NCBI GenBank assembly: GCA_030390025.1
Contig: CM059432.1
Location: forward strand, 114,764,001 to 114,828,000
Direction of reading: 5' to 3'
Length of the DNA stretch: 64,000 bases
Origin: Squalus acanthias
Taxonomy: Eukaryota
Part shown: positions 13,143 through 26,759 of the stretch, piece after piece
How positions within the stretch are numbered: position 1 is the first letter of the stretch
How the letters are laid out: the number at the start of each line of letters is the position of its first letter
The notes under the pieces: model-generated
Told to the model about the DNA's origin: nothing
Database searches by the model: none
What the model saw: only the letters and a program-made list of their open reading frames with translations
Made by a program: the position numbers and the translations under genes

Positions 13143-13544
13143 TGTCACACCTTGTCTTCTCTTGCTTCCAACTCCAAACTTCTCAAATTCCATCTTTGGA
13201 TTGATCCTTTAAATACTGGAGTTGAGATCGCGTCATGTGGGTCCTCATTACCCCCCTGCCATGCAGGTCCTCATTACACAGGCTGCCGCGCAATTGACGA
13301 CAAGCCCAGAAGTAAAATGATAATGAGCTGGCTACATTGAAATGCCACTGACAGACACACTGAACTTACTTCCGGTTTTCCCACATGATATCGGACCCGC
13401 CATTCCCATCGCTCCTCCGAGTTAATATCGGGGCTAAAGACATTCCCACATTTCAATTTTCTTCCAAATCACATTCCACCAAAAAGATTTATCCCATCAC
13501 ATTCCAGCAAAAAATATTTATAACAATTCCCCATATCACTATCT

Positions 13545-13943
13545 GCCTGGTTAGGAGATTGGTGAGGCGGTAGAAAACAGAGTAGGGATAATGGGTATGT
13601 ACTCGAATTGGAAGGAAGTGTCCCACAAGGATCTGTGCTGGGGCCTCAACTATTCACTATATTTATTAATGACTTAGATAACACAAGAGAGAGCCATATA
13701 TCCAAGTTTTCCAATGACACAAAGATTGGTGGCATAGTAAGTAATGTATATGGGAGCATAAAATTACAAAGAGACATTGATAGATTAAGTGAGTGGACAA
13801 AACTGTGGCAGATGGAATTCAACCCAGGTAAGTGTGAGGTTATACATTTTGGACCAATAAAGGATAGATCCAAGTATTATTTATATGGTAAAAAGCTAGG
13901 AACAGTGGAGGTCCAAAGAGATTTTGGGGTCCATGTACACAGA
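13545..13943 (+). mobile_element. CR1 LINE RT fragment
   Basis: [19 protein letters not shown]...FSNDTK...WQMEFNPGKCEVIHFG. Confidence 0.85.
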
Positions 13944-14256
13944 TGTCGGAGGTGCCATCTTTCAGATGAGACGTCTGCTCTCTCAGGTGGACGTAAAAGA
14001 TCCCTTGGCACTATTTGCGAAGAAGAGCAGGGGAGTTATCCCCGGTGTCCTGGCCAATATTTATCCCTCAATCAACATCACAACAACAGATTATCTGGTC
14101 TATTTGTGGGAGTTTGCTGTGTGCAAATTGGCTGCCACGTTTCCTACATTACAACAGTGACTACACTTCAGAAAGTACTTCATTGGCTGTAAAGCGTTTT
14201 GAGACGTCCGGTGGTCATGAAAGACGCTATATAAATACAAGTTTTTCTTTCTTTCT
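13944..14256 (+). mobile_element. 5'-truncated Deu-domain SINE (SacSINE1/AmnSINE1-like) with L2-type 3' tail
   Basis: GTGGACGTAAAAGATCCC...GGTGTCCTGGCCAATATT core and GCTATATAAATACAAG(T/CTTT)n tail recognised from memory; a second tail fragment at 25709-25821. Confidence 0.7.
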
Positions 14257-15084
14257 GATTGTATCATGTAGATTTACAAAAATTTATGTTTTGAATATTG
14301 CCTTCACAGGAAAAATAACAAGAATGTGATGTCATAACCATGAGTTGTGAAAAAAATGGAAACAGTATTACTATGTATGGCATCTGATCCCATGGTGCCA
14401 GGGGCGAGGGACGCTGCCAACTTAGCCGCATCCCCACCGCCCCCGCCAACCCCCTGTAAGGAACTGAATTTTTTTCCCCAACAAACCCTTTGTAATGGGA
14501 CAGCATTTAAACATTCCTAAAAAAATCACGAGTGTTTGTCTTGGATCCCCATGGTAGCCTCCACAAATCACCATGCCTCTTTCTTTTCAGCATGCTGGCC
14601 TCCAAAGCTGTGCTGGGCCTCTGAAAGGCCAACAATACAGGAACTCACAGCATAGGGAGTTCCTGCCCACGGGCCCGCCCTCTCCCACGTCAGTGGCCTT
14701 GTTTGCGATCAGCGGAGGCCACGGGAATCCCCCACGTAAGCCCAGGACCTTAAGTGTCTGGATCCCAGCCTATTTTCCGGCCCTTCCACCACACATCCGC
14801 TGGAATTACACCAACAGTGTGCTGGAACAGCTATGGACTTTTGACTCCAGCAGTTTTCTAGACCCATTGGTTGCACTGAAATATGCCTGGAGTCTTGCCC
14901 TACCAAGGAGAGAGTTCCAGTTACGCAGAAGGGCAAAAAGCCCAAAATAATAAAACCAGAACACAAGGACGTTAATCAACTCACCTGATTTTGTCCAAGC
15001 TGCCAGATCCTCAGTCCTGACTACACAACAATGGCAAGCAAAGTTCCCCAGTGCCAGTACACATCCAGAAAATTAACCCACAGA

Positions 15085-15260
15085 GGTGTGATTTCACGAT
15101 CACGCAGTCACAGCACTTGAGGGAGTACATCTTGGGAAATTGAGAGCACACAGCCCACGATTTTCCATCCATTCATTTTAATGGATGAAAAATCATGGGC
15201 TGCACAATGGTGATTTCCTGAGATACAGTACCTGCGTGCGCTGCACCACTCATTTTAGCT
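15085..15260. repeat. Old palindromic MITE-like repeat
   Basis: CAGCCCACGATTTTCCATCCATTCATTTTAATGGATGAAAAATCATGGGCTG fold-back; boundaries approximate. Confidence 0.5.
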
Positions 15261-16436
15261 GGTTAAAATTAAACAAACGTGATGGTGGTTACTGGGTGGG
15301 AATGGAGTTCCAAGGCAAAACCTCAGACAGTGGGAACGCTGCTGCGTACAAGCAGTTCTCCACACGGTAAGTTAAAAATCTCAAACATGTCGCTATGGGG
15401 AAGGCAGAAAGCTGAGATAAGGCACATCCTCAAAGGAGCAATGGAAAATCATTGGGGCAGTCAACCCAGGCCACCCTATCGGGCATAACCTAATGATCAG
15501 CTACAATGCGACATTAGTTAAGGCCTTGGAAGTCATCTCATGCTCTTAACTGAAAAGAACTGGTCATAAGAAGATTTGAAGGAATGTAGAATAAGGAATT
15601 ATTTAAAATAAAACTTACAAAAAAGGGTAGTAGTAACATTAACCCACAAAATCAAGCTGTTTATAATATTTTTTTGTTCCCTAAACTTTATCTTTCAGTT
15701 AATCACAACCAGAAATACAATTTGGAATGGTTCCCATTTTAAGTCCAAAATCTAGGAAGCCACCAAAGTGACATCTTTATTGGGCTCTTTGGGGAGTATG
15801 CAGCTGCAGGAAGAGATAGCTCATGGGTATTAAATCCTGTCCAACTTGCTATTTTTATAAATATTGAAAATATATGAACTAAATTCCATGTAAAGAATGT
15901 AGTCTAGTACTAAAATGTCTGGTCAGCAGATATTCAACTGGAGAACTGTGAAAGTACATAAGCCGTGCAAGAATGATGTTAACATAGATAGCGGATTAAA
16001 ATTGAGAGCAAAGAATTTGTTATTCTTAAATTAGGAGGAATCACCACTCAGCAGAAAATTAATTTATGTGAAGAATTTATTTTTGTTGGGGGGGGGGGGG
16101 ACTGAGAAAACTCACTGCTGTGAAAATTGTGAAGCACTTAAATATTTAAAATCTCCCAATCTCTAAGAAAGGGGTAGTGTATTTTGCAGCACCACATTAT
16201 TGTGAATATTCAATATTGATTTTTCTTCTGTCATTTTTCTAGATGTTCAGCAAAAATAAAGTATCCCAGGTAGCATGAATGATTCAAAAACAAATGATTT
16301 CTAAGAAAAAAGAATACAAAAAAAGCCTTATTGAAATATATATAACGAACACTGCAGAGTCTGAGAAATGACAAGAGTAGAGTGCAAATGGGTAAAATGC
16401 TCCACCTTGCAAGAAGAATGGGTTAACTCATCCACT

Positions 16437-16461
<25 letters not shown>
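16437..16461. repeat. (GA)n microsatellite
   Basis: About 12 perfect GA units. Confidence 0.95.
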
Positions 16462-16468
<7 letters not shown>

Positions 16469-16844
16469 TCAGAGCTGCTTAAACCATAATGAGGCACTAC
16501 AGCATAGTTAGAAATAATACTGTGAATGAAAGAGGTGAGTACCAATAGTAATGCAATCGGCTAGATGGTCGAGAAAGGTTGAAAATGAAGAATTTTTAAG
16601 GCTGCATAATTCCGTCTGTGATAAATCTTTTCGTAAGAGATAAGACTTTCAAAACGATGAAGAGATGTTTTAAACTTCACGTCCTGTGCCCTGGTGCACC
16701 TCGGCAATGCTGACCTGGCGACGTGCTGATGACCCCATTAACTTCCGGCAATAGTTGTGTATGAGTTGATAGACTCATATTGCCTAATGCCTGCAGGGCC
16801 TTTCACATTGCTGCCAATTGCCAACCATTGGTGTTTTGTACAGT

Positions 16845-17190
16845 TAGCATAGTGGTTATGTTACTGGATTAGTAAACCAGAGGCCAGGACTAATGATCCA
16901 GAGACCTGAGTTCAAATCTGGGGAATTTAAATTCAGTTAATTAAATAAATCTGGAATAAAAAGCTAGTATCAGTAATGGTGACCACAAAACTAACGATTG
17001 TCGTAAAAACCCATCTGGTTCACTAATGTCCTTTAGGGAAGGAAATCTGCCGTCCTTACGTGGTCTGGCCTATATGTTACTCCAGACCCACAGCAATGTG
17101 GTTGACTCTAAACTGCCCTCTGAAATGGCCTAGCAAGCCACTCAGTTGTACCAAACCACTACGAAAAATAATAAGAAGAATAAAACCGGA
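16845..17190 (+). mobile_element. tRNA-derived head/5' region, same family as the 5' end of the LINE at 30926
   Basis: A box TAGCATAGTGG (16845-16855), B box GTTCAAATC (16910-16918); colinear with 30931-31280. Confidence 0.75.
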
Positions 17191-18673
17191 TGCACAGAGC
17201 GGGATTAAAATGGAGTGTACTTAAACAGAGTGTTTTGTTTGGGAATTTGGAAAGAGTGGGAATTCGGAGAAGAGGGGGAAGGAGTTGCTACTTAATCTAG
17301 ATCAAGTAAGTAGTCAAGAAACTACACTGTAAACTAAGTTATCTAATTACAAATTTAATTAAATTTAATTAAATAAAACAAGGTTATATAGGGATGGCAG
17401 TGCAGGTGGTGTGCCGCAACTGCAGCATGTGGGAGTTTGTGGAGAACATTGTGATCACGGACAACCATGTTTGCAGTAAGTGCCTGCATCTTGAGGAACT
17501 TCAGCTCAGAGTTTTTCAGCTGGAGTCTGAGGTGCAGACATTGCGGGGCATTAGGGGGAGAGTTACCTGGACTCTTTGATCCAGGAGGCAGTCACAACCC
17601 TTAGGTTAGGTAGTGGTACAGGTCTGGTTAGTGGTCAGGGACAGGAGGGTGTGACTGCAACTCAGGCAGCTAAGGGGACCCCAGGTGCAGTGCTGGAGGA
17701 GCCTCAGCCTTTGCCCTAGTCCAACAGGTATGAGGTTCTTGCTGCCTGTGTGCATGAGGGAAAAGCCTGCAGGATGGATGAGCAAGCTGACCATGGCACC
17801 ATGGTGCAGGAGGCCATTCAAGTGGGGGGAGTGAAAGGGAATGTAGTTGTGGTAGGGGACAGTATAGTCAGGGGGATAGATACTGTTCTCTGCAGCCGCG
17901 ACCGAGAGTTCCGAAGGTTGTGTTGCCTGCCCGGTGCCAGGGTTAAAGACATCTCCTCGCGGTTAGAGAAGAACTTGGAGTGGGAGGGGGAGGATCCAGC
18001 TGTCGTGGTCCACGTAAGAACCAACAACATAGGTAGAACTAGGAATGAGGTTCTGCTGAGGGAGTTTGAGGAGCTAGGATCCAAATTAAAAAACAGAACC
18101 TCAAAGGTAATAATCTGGATTGTTAACTGAGCCATGCGCAAATTGGCATAGGGACAAACAGATTAGAGGTTTAAATGCATGACTCAAAGAGTGGTGTGGG
18201 AGGAAGGGGTTTCAGTTCATGGGGCACTGGCGCCAGTACTGGGGTAAGAGGGAGCTGTTCTGTTGGGGCGGGCTCCACTTAAACCGGGCTGGGACCAGTG
18301 TCCTGGCGAACTGAATAACTAGGGCTGCAGATAGGGCTTTAAACTAATGAACGGGGGGGGGGGGGGGGGGGGGTGAGGCGGGGGGGCTGGGGAGGATTCA
18401 GGAAATAGTAAATTTAAAAGCAGCGAGAGAAATGTCAAGGCTCTAGAGCAGAGTAGAGTTGGGTAAAATTAAGCAGAGTGGGTCACGAAGGGACAGAGAG
18501 AGTAACAAAGGTAATATGGCATCAGTGACTTAGGTGACATCTATGAAAAACAGAAATAGGTCATAGCTAAAGGCACTATATCTGAATGCGTGAAGCATTC
18601 GCAACAAAATAGATGAATTAATAGCGCAGATAGAAATGAATAGGTTTGATATAATAGCCATTACGGCGATGTG

Positions 18674-20201
18674 GGGCTCGATTTTAATGGCCTTGAGGAG
18701 GCGGGTCTGGAGGCAGGTCGGCAGCGAAAATTGGAAAAAATGGCTTCAGACTGTCAACCCGCCTCCATCCCGCCCCCACATGATTTTTGAGAGTGTCGGG
18801 TCAGCCGCTCCCAAACTGACCTGACTGGAACCGGTGGGACAGGTAGTTAAGGCAGTTAACAGCCTGTTGACTGCCTTGCTAATCCTATTTTTATAGTGGT
18901 TTCCCATTTTCGCGCTTCTGGCTCCTGTTTCCCGTCTTGCCAGAAACAGGCCAGCTGCAAGGAGACGATTTTCTCGAGGACATGATTTGTAGTCATTGGT
19001 GCAGCAGTTTAAAAGTGCTCCCGTAACATGGCTGACATTCAAATGCAACAACTTTGTTGTTGGAGGTTTTGGATAAGATTTTGCAAATCTACTGACCTTG
19101 TGACTGTTCAAGCTGACACCCATCTGCAGTGTTATCTGATTGGAATAATTTCAGGCCACTTGGAGTGTGCGCTTGCAAGCTTCTTGCCTCAACTGAAATC
19201 TATAGCAACTGGATGGGAACCATTTACATCCTCTCATCTTGGTTGTCAGATTCGGAGGAAGAGCAGCTGCAGCAGCACCACAACCAGCCACAACAGCAGC
19301 ACCAGTACCAGGAGCGCCAACCTCCTCCTCACCCACCTGATGCTGCACTGGACACAGGGCATCAGCACCTGACGAAAATTGTTGGCCGGGAGGCAACACC
19401 ATGGCCAGATTTTCTTCACTTGCTGCTGTAAATCCTGGTTGCCACACGATGCACCAGGTTAACACCATGCCACACCAGCACCGTGAAGCATCCCTTTAAT
19501 ATTCAAGCCATTCCATGCACACACATCACTATAGCGGCGGGGGTGGGGGGGGTTATGACTGAACAATCACTGGAACTCAGTAAGACACTTCTCAATGTGC
19601 GCTCAGATCTGTCCAATAAGGGGCACTTTTGGAAAAAGATATTACACTGTATGACAACACATTACCAGAAACTTCACATGGACATTGGCTAAACCTCTCA
19701 AGTGCCTACCCTTGTGTGTTGTTAGTTGGTATGCTTGCAGTAGGGTGAGTGTGAGGGGTTGCTAGTGAGATGGGGAAGTGATAAAGTAGATAGAGAGGGT
19801 TGGGTGGCGGTTCAAGGTAAGTTGGTGTCCTGGGGAGATCTCTTCTGCCCTTAGAAGGGAAGAGAACCCCCCTGCGTGCTGTGACTCCCTCCATAAGCAT
19901 ATGGAGGGAGTCATTGGAAAGCCTGGGTGCAAGTGTCAATGTTTGCAACACCTCAATGCTGTCAAACACTGACAGATCGACTGTCAAAATAAAATTGTGC
20001 ATGGTCCATTTAAGGAAACCAGCAGATGACGCATCATCAAATTACGTCATCAGACCAACTTCCTGTTAATTGGCAGGGCGGGCTTACCAAGATCAATCAA
20101 GCTAAAATTATGTCTGCAAAGCGGAGGCAGCTGAGGGCGGGACCGGAACCCGGAACCAGCTGACCCGCCCCCATCCCGCCTCCAGAATTAAATTCACGGC
20201 C
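18674..20201 (+). mobile_element. Internally deleted Harbinger inserted in the CR1 endonuclease region
   Basis: TIR GGGCTCGATTTTAAT / ATTAAATTCACGGCC, GTG duplicated, CR1 rejoins across it; retains a Q/H-rich transposase-like N-terminus (+, ~19210-19400) and a Myb remnant APRLSNDSLHMLMEGV (-, ~19820-19935). Confidence 0.85.
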
Positions 20202-21285
20202 GTGGTTGCAATGTTGCCAAGGTTGGGAGCTAAATATTCCAGGATACTTAACTTTTAGAAGAGATAAGCAAAATGTAAAAGGAGGAGGGGTAGCCCTGAT
20301 AATAAAGGATGGGATAAAGACAGTAGAGAGAAAGGATCTTAGCTCCAAAAATCAAGAAGTAGAATCAGTTGGGTGGAGCTAAGAAACAGCAAGGGGCAGA
20401 AAACATTGGTGGGAGTTGTTTATATGCCCCCAAACAGTAGTTGTAATGTAGGGCAGAGTATAAATCAGGAAATCAGAGCCGCATGTAACAAGGGTAATAC
20501 AATAATAACGGGGGGGCGGGGGGGTTTAATCTACATATAGACTGGGCATACCAAATTTGCAGTAATAGTGTGGAGGGCGAATTCATGGAATGTATGCAAG
20601 ATAGTTTTCTACATCAGTATGTTGAGGAACCAACTAGGGAACAGGCTATTTTAGATCTACTTTTGTGCAACAAGAAAGGGTTAATTAATAACCTTGTAGT
20701 AAAGGGGCCTTTAGAAAAGAGTGACCATAATATGATAGAATTTTATATTGAGTCTGAAAGTGATTTAGTTAAATCTGAAACTCGGGTCTTAAATCTAAAC
20801 AAAGCAAACTACGTAGGTATGAGGGGCGAGTGGGCTACAGTAGATTGGGAAACTACATTAAAAAGTATGACGATAGAGAAGCAATGGCTAGCATTTAAAG
20901 AACTAATACATAACTTACAATGAAGATACATTTCTTTAAGGCACAAAAACCCCACAGGAAAAGCGGTCCAACCCTGGCTAACAAGAGAAGTTAAAGATAG
21001 TATGAGATCAAAGGAAGAGGCTTATAATGTTGCCAAAAGAGTAGTAAGCCTGAGGATTGGGAGGATTTTAGAATTCAGCAAAGGAGGACCAAGAAATTGA
21101 TAAAGAAAGGGAAAATTAAATATAAGAGTAAACTAGCGAGAGACATAAAAACAGACTGTAAAAGCTTCTATAGATATGTAAAAAGGAAAAGAATAGCAGA
21201 AGTAAATGTGGGTCCCTTACAGGCTGAGACAGGAGAAATTATAATGGGGAATAAGGAAATGGCAGGGAAATTAAACACATACTTT

Positions 21286-22133
21286 GGCCGCGATTTTTCC
21301 TATCAATGCGGCTTGGGGGTTCCGGGTTCCAGTCCCGCCCCCAACGACATCAGACGCACAGACACGATTTTGTATCAATTGGCCTTGTTAAGCCAGCACT
21401 CCAGGCTTGCCGGCCAATTAAGACGAAGCCGGTGTCAGATGACGTCAGTTGATGACGTGTCATCTGCCGGTTTTCTTAAAAGGGCCACTTAAGTTTTTTT
21501 GGCAGCTGATTTTTCAGTGTTTGACAGCATTGAGGTGCTGCAAACACTGTACAAAGGTGAGCTCTTGCACCCAGCCTCTCCAGTGACTCCCTCCTTAGGC
21601 TATAACAGATGGCAGCTGCAGGTGAGGTTACAGAAGCGATCTGTCACTAGTGAGAGGTTCTCCCAATGAGGTGGGACTACACACACAATCCAAAACTTGT
21701 CACCTACAGAAAAGTGTAAATGCATTAAAAATGATTTTTCGAACATTTTCTTACCTCTGAAACTCACCAGTGTACCATTGGATCCTTCACACCACTTCTG
21801 AGGCTGTCATCAATGCAGAAACATTGCAGTAGACCCACAGCACGCCACACTTAACTGGCGTGGTGTCCGGACGTCGGGAAGCCCGCAGTGGACCTGTCAA
21901 AATTGCAAAAAGCCTCTTAACTGCCTGTTAACAACCTGTTAACAAGCAGTTAAGTGCCTACAATCCTCTTCCCGCCGCTAGGTGTCGGGTCCATGCGCAA
22001 ATTGGGGACCCGACACCTGGGAAGATTGTTTGGCGGCGGCTTGACAGCGGGTTTCCGACCCGCTGTCAATCTTTGCGATTTTGCCTGATGTCCCGCCTCC
22101 AAACCCACCCCGAGCGCCGGCAAAATTCCGGCC
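21286..22133. mobile_element. Non-autonomous Harbinger inserted in CR1 ORF2
   Basis: TIR GGCCGCGATTTT / AAAATTCCGGCC, TTT duplicated; removal restores CR1 ...TYF-VSVFT; Myb start remnant near 21563. Confidence 0.85.
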
Positions 22134-23964
22134 TTTGTGTCTGTCTTCACGGAAGAAGACGCAAAAAACTTCCTGGAAAGAATGGAGAACCAAGGGTCTA
22201 GCGAGAATGAGGAACTGAAAAAAATTAGTATTAGTAAAAAAATAGTACTGGAGAAATTAATGAGACTGAAAGCCAATAAATTCCCTGGACCTGATGACCA
22301 ACATCCTAGGGTTTTGAAAGAGGTGGCTATAGAGATAGTGGATGCATTGGTTTCATTTTCCAAAATTCCATAAATTCTGGAACGGTTCCCACGGATTGGA
22401 AGGTAGCAAATGTAACCCCACTATTTAAGAAAGGAGGGAGAACACGGGGGACTACAGGCCAGTTAGCGTGGCATCAGTAGTGGGGAAAATGCTAAAATCT
22501 ATTATTAAGGACGTGGTAACAGGGTACTTAGAAAATAATAATAGGATTGGGCAGAGTCAACACGGATTTATGAAAGGGAAATCGTGTTTGACGAATCTGT
22601 TAGAGGTCTTTGAGGTTGTAACTAGCAGAATAGATAAGGGGGAACCAGTGGATGTGGTGCATTTGGATTTTCAGAAGGCATTCGATAAGGTGCCACACAA
22701 GAGGTTATTAAACAAAATTAGGGCTCATGGGATTAGGGATAATATACTTGCATGGATTGAGGATTGGTTAACGGACAGAAAACAGAGAGCAGGAATAAAC
22801 GGGTCATTTTCGGATTGGCAGGCTGTAACTAGTGGGATCAGTGCTTGGGCCTCAGCTATTCACAATGTATATCAATGATTTGGATGAGGGGACCAAATGT
22901 AATACATCAAAGTTTGCTGATGATACAAAGCTGGGTGGCAATGTAAGTTGTGAGGAGGATGCAAAGAGGCTTCAAGGGGATATAGACAAGCTAAGTGAGT
23001 GGGCAAGAACATGGCAAATGGAATATAATGTGGAGAAATGTGAAGTTATCCACTTTGGTAGGAAAAATAGAAAAGCAGAGTATTTTTTAAATGGTGAGAG
23101 ATTGGAAAATGTTGGTGTTCAGAGGGACCTGGGTGTCCTTGTACACAAATCATTGAAAGTTAACATGCAGGTACAGCAAGCAATTATGAAAGCAAATGGT
23201 ATGTTGGCCTTTATTACAACAGGATTTGAGTATAAAAGAGTAGCGACAGTCTCACTGCAATTATATAGGGCCCCGGTGAGACCACTCCTGGAGAATTTAC
23301 AGTTTTGGTCTCCTTACCTAAGGAAGGATATACTTGTCATAGAGGGAGTGCAACAAAGGTTCACCAAACTGATTCCTGGGATGGGGGGGATAGTCCTATG
23401 AGGAGAGATTGAGTAGACTAGGCCTATATTCTATAGAGTTTAGAAGAATGAGAGGTGATCTCATTGAAACATACAAAATTCTTACAGGGCTTGACAGGGT
23501 AGATGCAGGGAGACTGTTTCCCCTGGCTGGGGAATCTAGAACCAGGGGTCACAGTCTCAGAATAAGGGGTCGGCCATTTAGGACTGAGATGAGGAGAAAT
23601 TTCTTCACTCAGAGGGTGGTGAATCTTTGGAATTCTCTACCCCAGAGGGCTGTGGAGGTTCAGTCGTTAACCATATTCAAGACAGAGCTCGATATATTTT
23701 TGGAAATTAAGGGAATCAAAGGATATGGGGTTAGTGCAGGAAGGTGGAGTTGAAGTAGATCAGCCATGATCTTATTGAATGGCCTATTCCTGCTCCTATT
23801 TCTTATGTTCTTATTTTCTTTGATGCCCTTGTCCCCAGTACTCTTTACTCTCTCCCATCCTGGTCATTCCCCCATGTATGACACCCATCTTTACTCCTTT
23901 AAGTCCAAGGGGTGCAGACATGAACGTATCTGGCAAACAACTGGTTTAGCCACCCATCACCATA

Positions 23965-24474
23965 ACTGGTTTGACTAGATCAAGTGCTTTTGGGCCATAC
24001 TCTCCTATGCTTAAACCACCTACTATTGCAGGATTATTCTGCAGAGCAAAGAAATCGAGAGCTTCTTTTCTCTCTGTAATCTCCTCCATTCCTACAACTC
24101 TCCCAACACCCTCCCCAGAACTCCACAGAACTCTCCATTCCTCCAACTCTGACCACGTGTGCATCTCCCCTTCCTTTGCCCCATTCGCCCTGTGCCTTCA
24201 ACAGTCTAGGCCTCACGCTCTGGTATTCCCTCTCTAAATGCCTCCGCTTCTCTACCTCCCTCTCCTACTTTAAGACCCTCCTAATGTCTCTTTCTTTGGC
24301 TCAGCATCCATTTTTGTCTGGTAATAACAAGAAGTTGCATTTATATTGTGCCTTTAACATAGAAAAACTTCCCACGGTGCTTCACAGAGGTGTAATTGGA
24401 TAATTATGCCTCTGAAGTGCCTTGGGACATTTTTCTATGTTAAAGGCACTATATAAATGCAAGTTATTATTGTT
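23965..24474 (+). mobile_element. L2-type LINE 3' fragment ending in a fold-back palindrome
   Basis: Pyrimidine-rich L2-like 3' region (CTCTGGTATTCCCTC, TTTAAGACCCTCCTAA) and GTTAAAGGCACTATATAAATGCAAGTT tail; an inverted copy of the tail at 24323-24397. Confidence 0.7.
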
Positions 24475-24598
24475 CTGATTTTCATCAAACCAACAGAACC
24501 ATCACTTCCCCAAAAGTTACCTCAACAGTCACTTTCCCATGTGCAACTCCCTCACAAAGGCACTCTATTCCCATCCAGACTCAGTTTAGAGAGACACT

Positions 24599-25371
24599 GG
24601 AGGGAATTTTGGAGTAGAGCGCATACTGGGTGGGTGGTGTGTGCTGTGCCGACCTGAAGGAGTTGGAGTTGGACCTATGCCATTTTCATGAAGGGGCCTA
24701 ATTTAAATGAATTTGGCACGATGGGCTGAATGGCCTCCTTCTGTGCTGTAAGGTGCTATGATTTTGTGAATTTGACGAGCTGCCAGGAGAAAATGGCAGC
24801 TTGCCGATTTGGAGGGCAGGAAATCTTGTGAGGTGGCCAAATCTGTAGGGCCTGAACTTTAAAGAGGAGGAAGCGTTGGCAGTGAAGGAATCACCAATTT
24901 AGAGCAGTAGGCAACATTTTTGCAGCACTTATAGCAGCAACGACATTAAATATGGAATCCTTAAAGTCTCAAAACCCACAAGCGACTGGCATGAAAAAAG
25001 TGCCAAACTGCATCCAGCTTTCCCTAACTGCAGCTGAAAATTCCTTTAATAGACACTCAAAACGTCCATGCCCTTAGTTATGTCGCCCAAGTTTAGAGGG
25101 CGGGAGCAAAAACTAGCAGGAATCTGGTGGGCAGAGATGAAAGTGGCGTCGGGATCATAACTATGTTATTTGATCCCGATTAGCATATGTAAATGAGGTT
25201 CCTGCCTGTATCCAGTGGGAGCTCTGGTCACCTGGATGGAGATCCACCTGAATATCAGAATAGGTGGGAAATAGGCAGTAAGTCAGCATTTCTGTTTCCC
25301 TCGCTATTTTGGTTGTGCTACAACCCCGTTTTTAAGTGCAAGAGGGGCAGTAGTGATACAAAAATCACCCC
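24599..25371. mobile_element. Degenerate Harbinger-like non-autonomous element
   Basis: Candidate termini GGAGGGAATTTT / AAAATCACCCC; no clean TSD; a further TIR-like start GGGGTCGATTTTAAC at ~25394. Confidence 0.35.
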
Positions 25372-25708
25372 AATCTATCCTATCCAACTCCCAGGGGTCG
25401 ATTTTAACTCTTCCCGCCGGCCGGGAAATGGGCGGCAGCAGGTCGGCCTCCTGTTTTTCCTTTCTATTCCTTTTGGGTCACCAGGGGATTTCATTGTTAC
25501 TCCCCCAGTTCCGCGATCTTACAAGTAAATATAGGGCAGTGTGAGTCATCTGCCATAAAAGTACAACCTCAACAGCTTACAATGGATGCCAAACATGTCA
25601 TTAAATTCATCCAATTATTTGTAGTGAAATCGATGTGAACATAGAACTCAACTACAATTAATATCTGCATATCTCTATAATCAGTACCGATTTTAAATGG
25701 CCCTTATT

Positions 25709-25821
25709 TTTCCTACATCACAACAGTGACTACACTTCAAAAAGTACGTCATTGGCTGTAAAGCGCTTTGCGATGTCCGGTAGTCGTGAAAGGCACTATA
25801 TAAATACAAGTCTTTCTTTTT
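25709..25821 (+). mobile_element. 3' tail fragment of the Deu-type SINE
   Basis: Colinear with 14140-14256. Confidence 0.7.
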
Positions 25822-26759
25822 ATACACTGAGGAAAACTGAAGAGCTTCACCAACTGTGGCTCAACTGATAATTAAGAGTCAATGTCAATCAAGTACTGTG
25901 TAAATTTAAGAAACAACTGCACAGCCATGCAGAATATAATGACACTAAAAATGTTTTTATATAAATTATTAGTTTCTAAGAAGTGTACACAATTAAAACA
26001 AATGTTGCTAAACTAACAGCTGGGCCGCATGTTCTAACACTAAGGTATAAAAACTGTACAAAGGGCTCTGATGTTGCCTGCACAATCATGAAAGAGTAGA
26101 TCCTTGCTAACAGAGAACTGTAAATGAGTCATCAAATGCTATGCGGGTTTGACAATGGAAATATGTCTTTATTCGCAAGGTTTCAGATATGAGATTACAA
26201 TGTGGACGTTTCAAATTAGGGATTGAGAACCAATGACTCTAGACTTACTGCATCTTTGTTTTATATTTATTCTTCACTTTAAATCCTAAAATAACAAAAA
26301 GAAAGGCAGAATGAGTCATCTGTCAGGATTGCTGTCTTCAAGAGAAACCTGCAATGACAATGGCAGAGTTTGAAGAAGGTGGCTGTCGTATAGTATAAAT
26401 GGGTAGCCACAGCCATCGGGATGAGCAATTTCAATGCACACTGCTTGAGCCCCCAACAAACAGTAATACACTTAATCCCCATCGATAATTATTTTTATTA
26501 TTTTATGTTTTGAGGAAGTTTTTGAAATCAGGAAAGGAAGTGGAAAGGCAAGGTATTCCAGAGCATAGGAACATAGCCATTGAACGAGCAGCTACCCATG
26601 GTGGAACATGGACAAGGGTTAGCGATGCATTAAAGGCATGGAGTGTGCATGTGGGGATGTACGGCTGGAATATATCACTAAGGTAAAGTGAAGTGAGGTC
26701 ACCTCTTAGTTTGTCCATGGGAGAATGGCAGCGAGGATAAAGTGAAGCAATTTTATGCC

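Larger units (their letters stand above)
8969..13435 (+). mobile_element. Full-length decayed PIF/Harbinger transposon with convergent transposase and Myb/SANT genes
   Basis: Left end GGGGGGAATTTTAACCTGGAGGAGCG versus reverse-complemented right end AGCCCCGATATTAACTCGGAGGAGCG; AAA on both flanks; the two genes diagnostic of the superfamily lie inside. Confidence 0.9.
17195..23812 (+). mobile_element. Full-length decayed CR1 LINE, interrupted by two Harbinger-derived insertions
   Basis: ORF1: CRNC..CSKC zinc finger, leucine zipper, GDSIVRG SGNH-esterase domain (17394-~18345); ORF2: APE endonuclease (SDH) and RT (FADD); tail TTCTTATGTTCTTA. Confidence 0.9.

Noticed and set aside
16845..16925. 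tRNA gene
   Set aside because: A and B boxes are present, but I see no convincing cloverleaf or terminator and it continues into a repeat body shared with 30926
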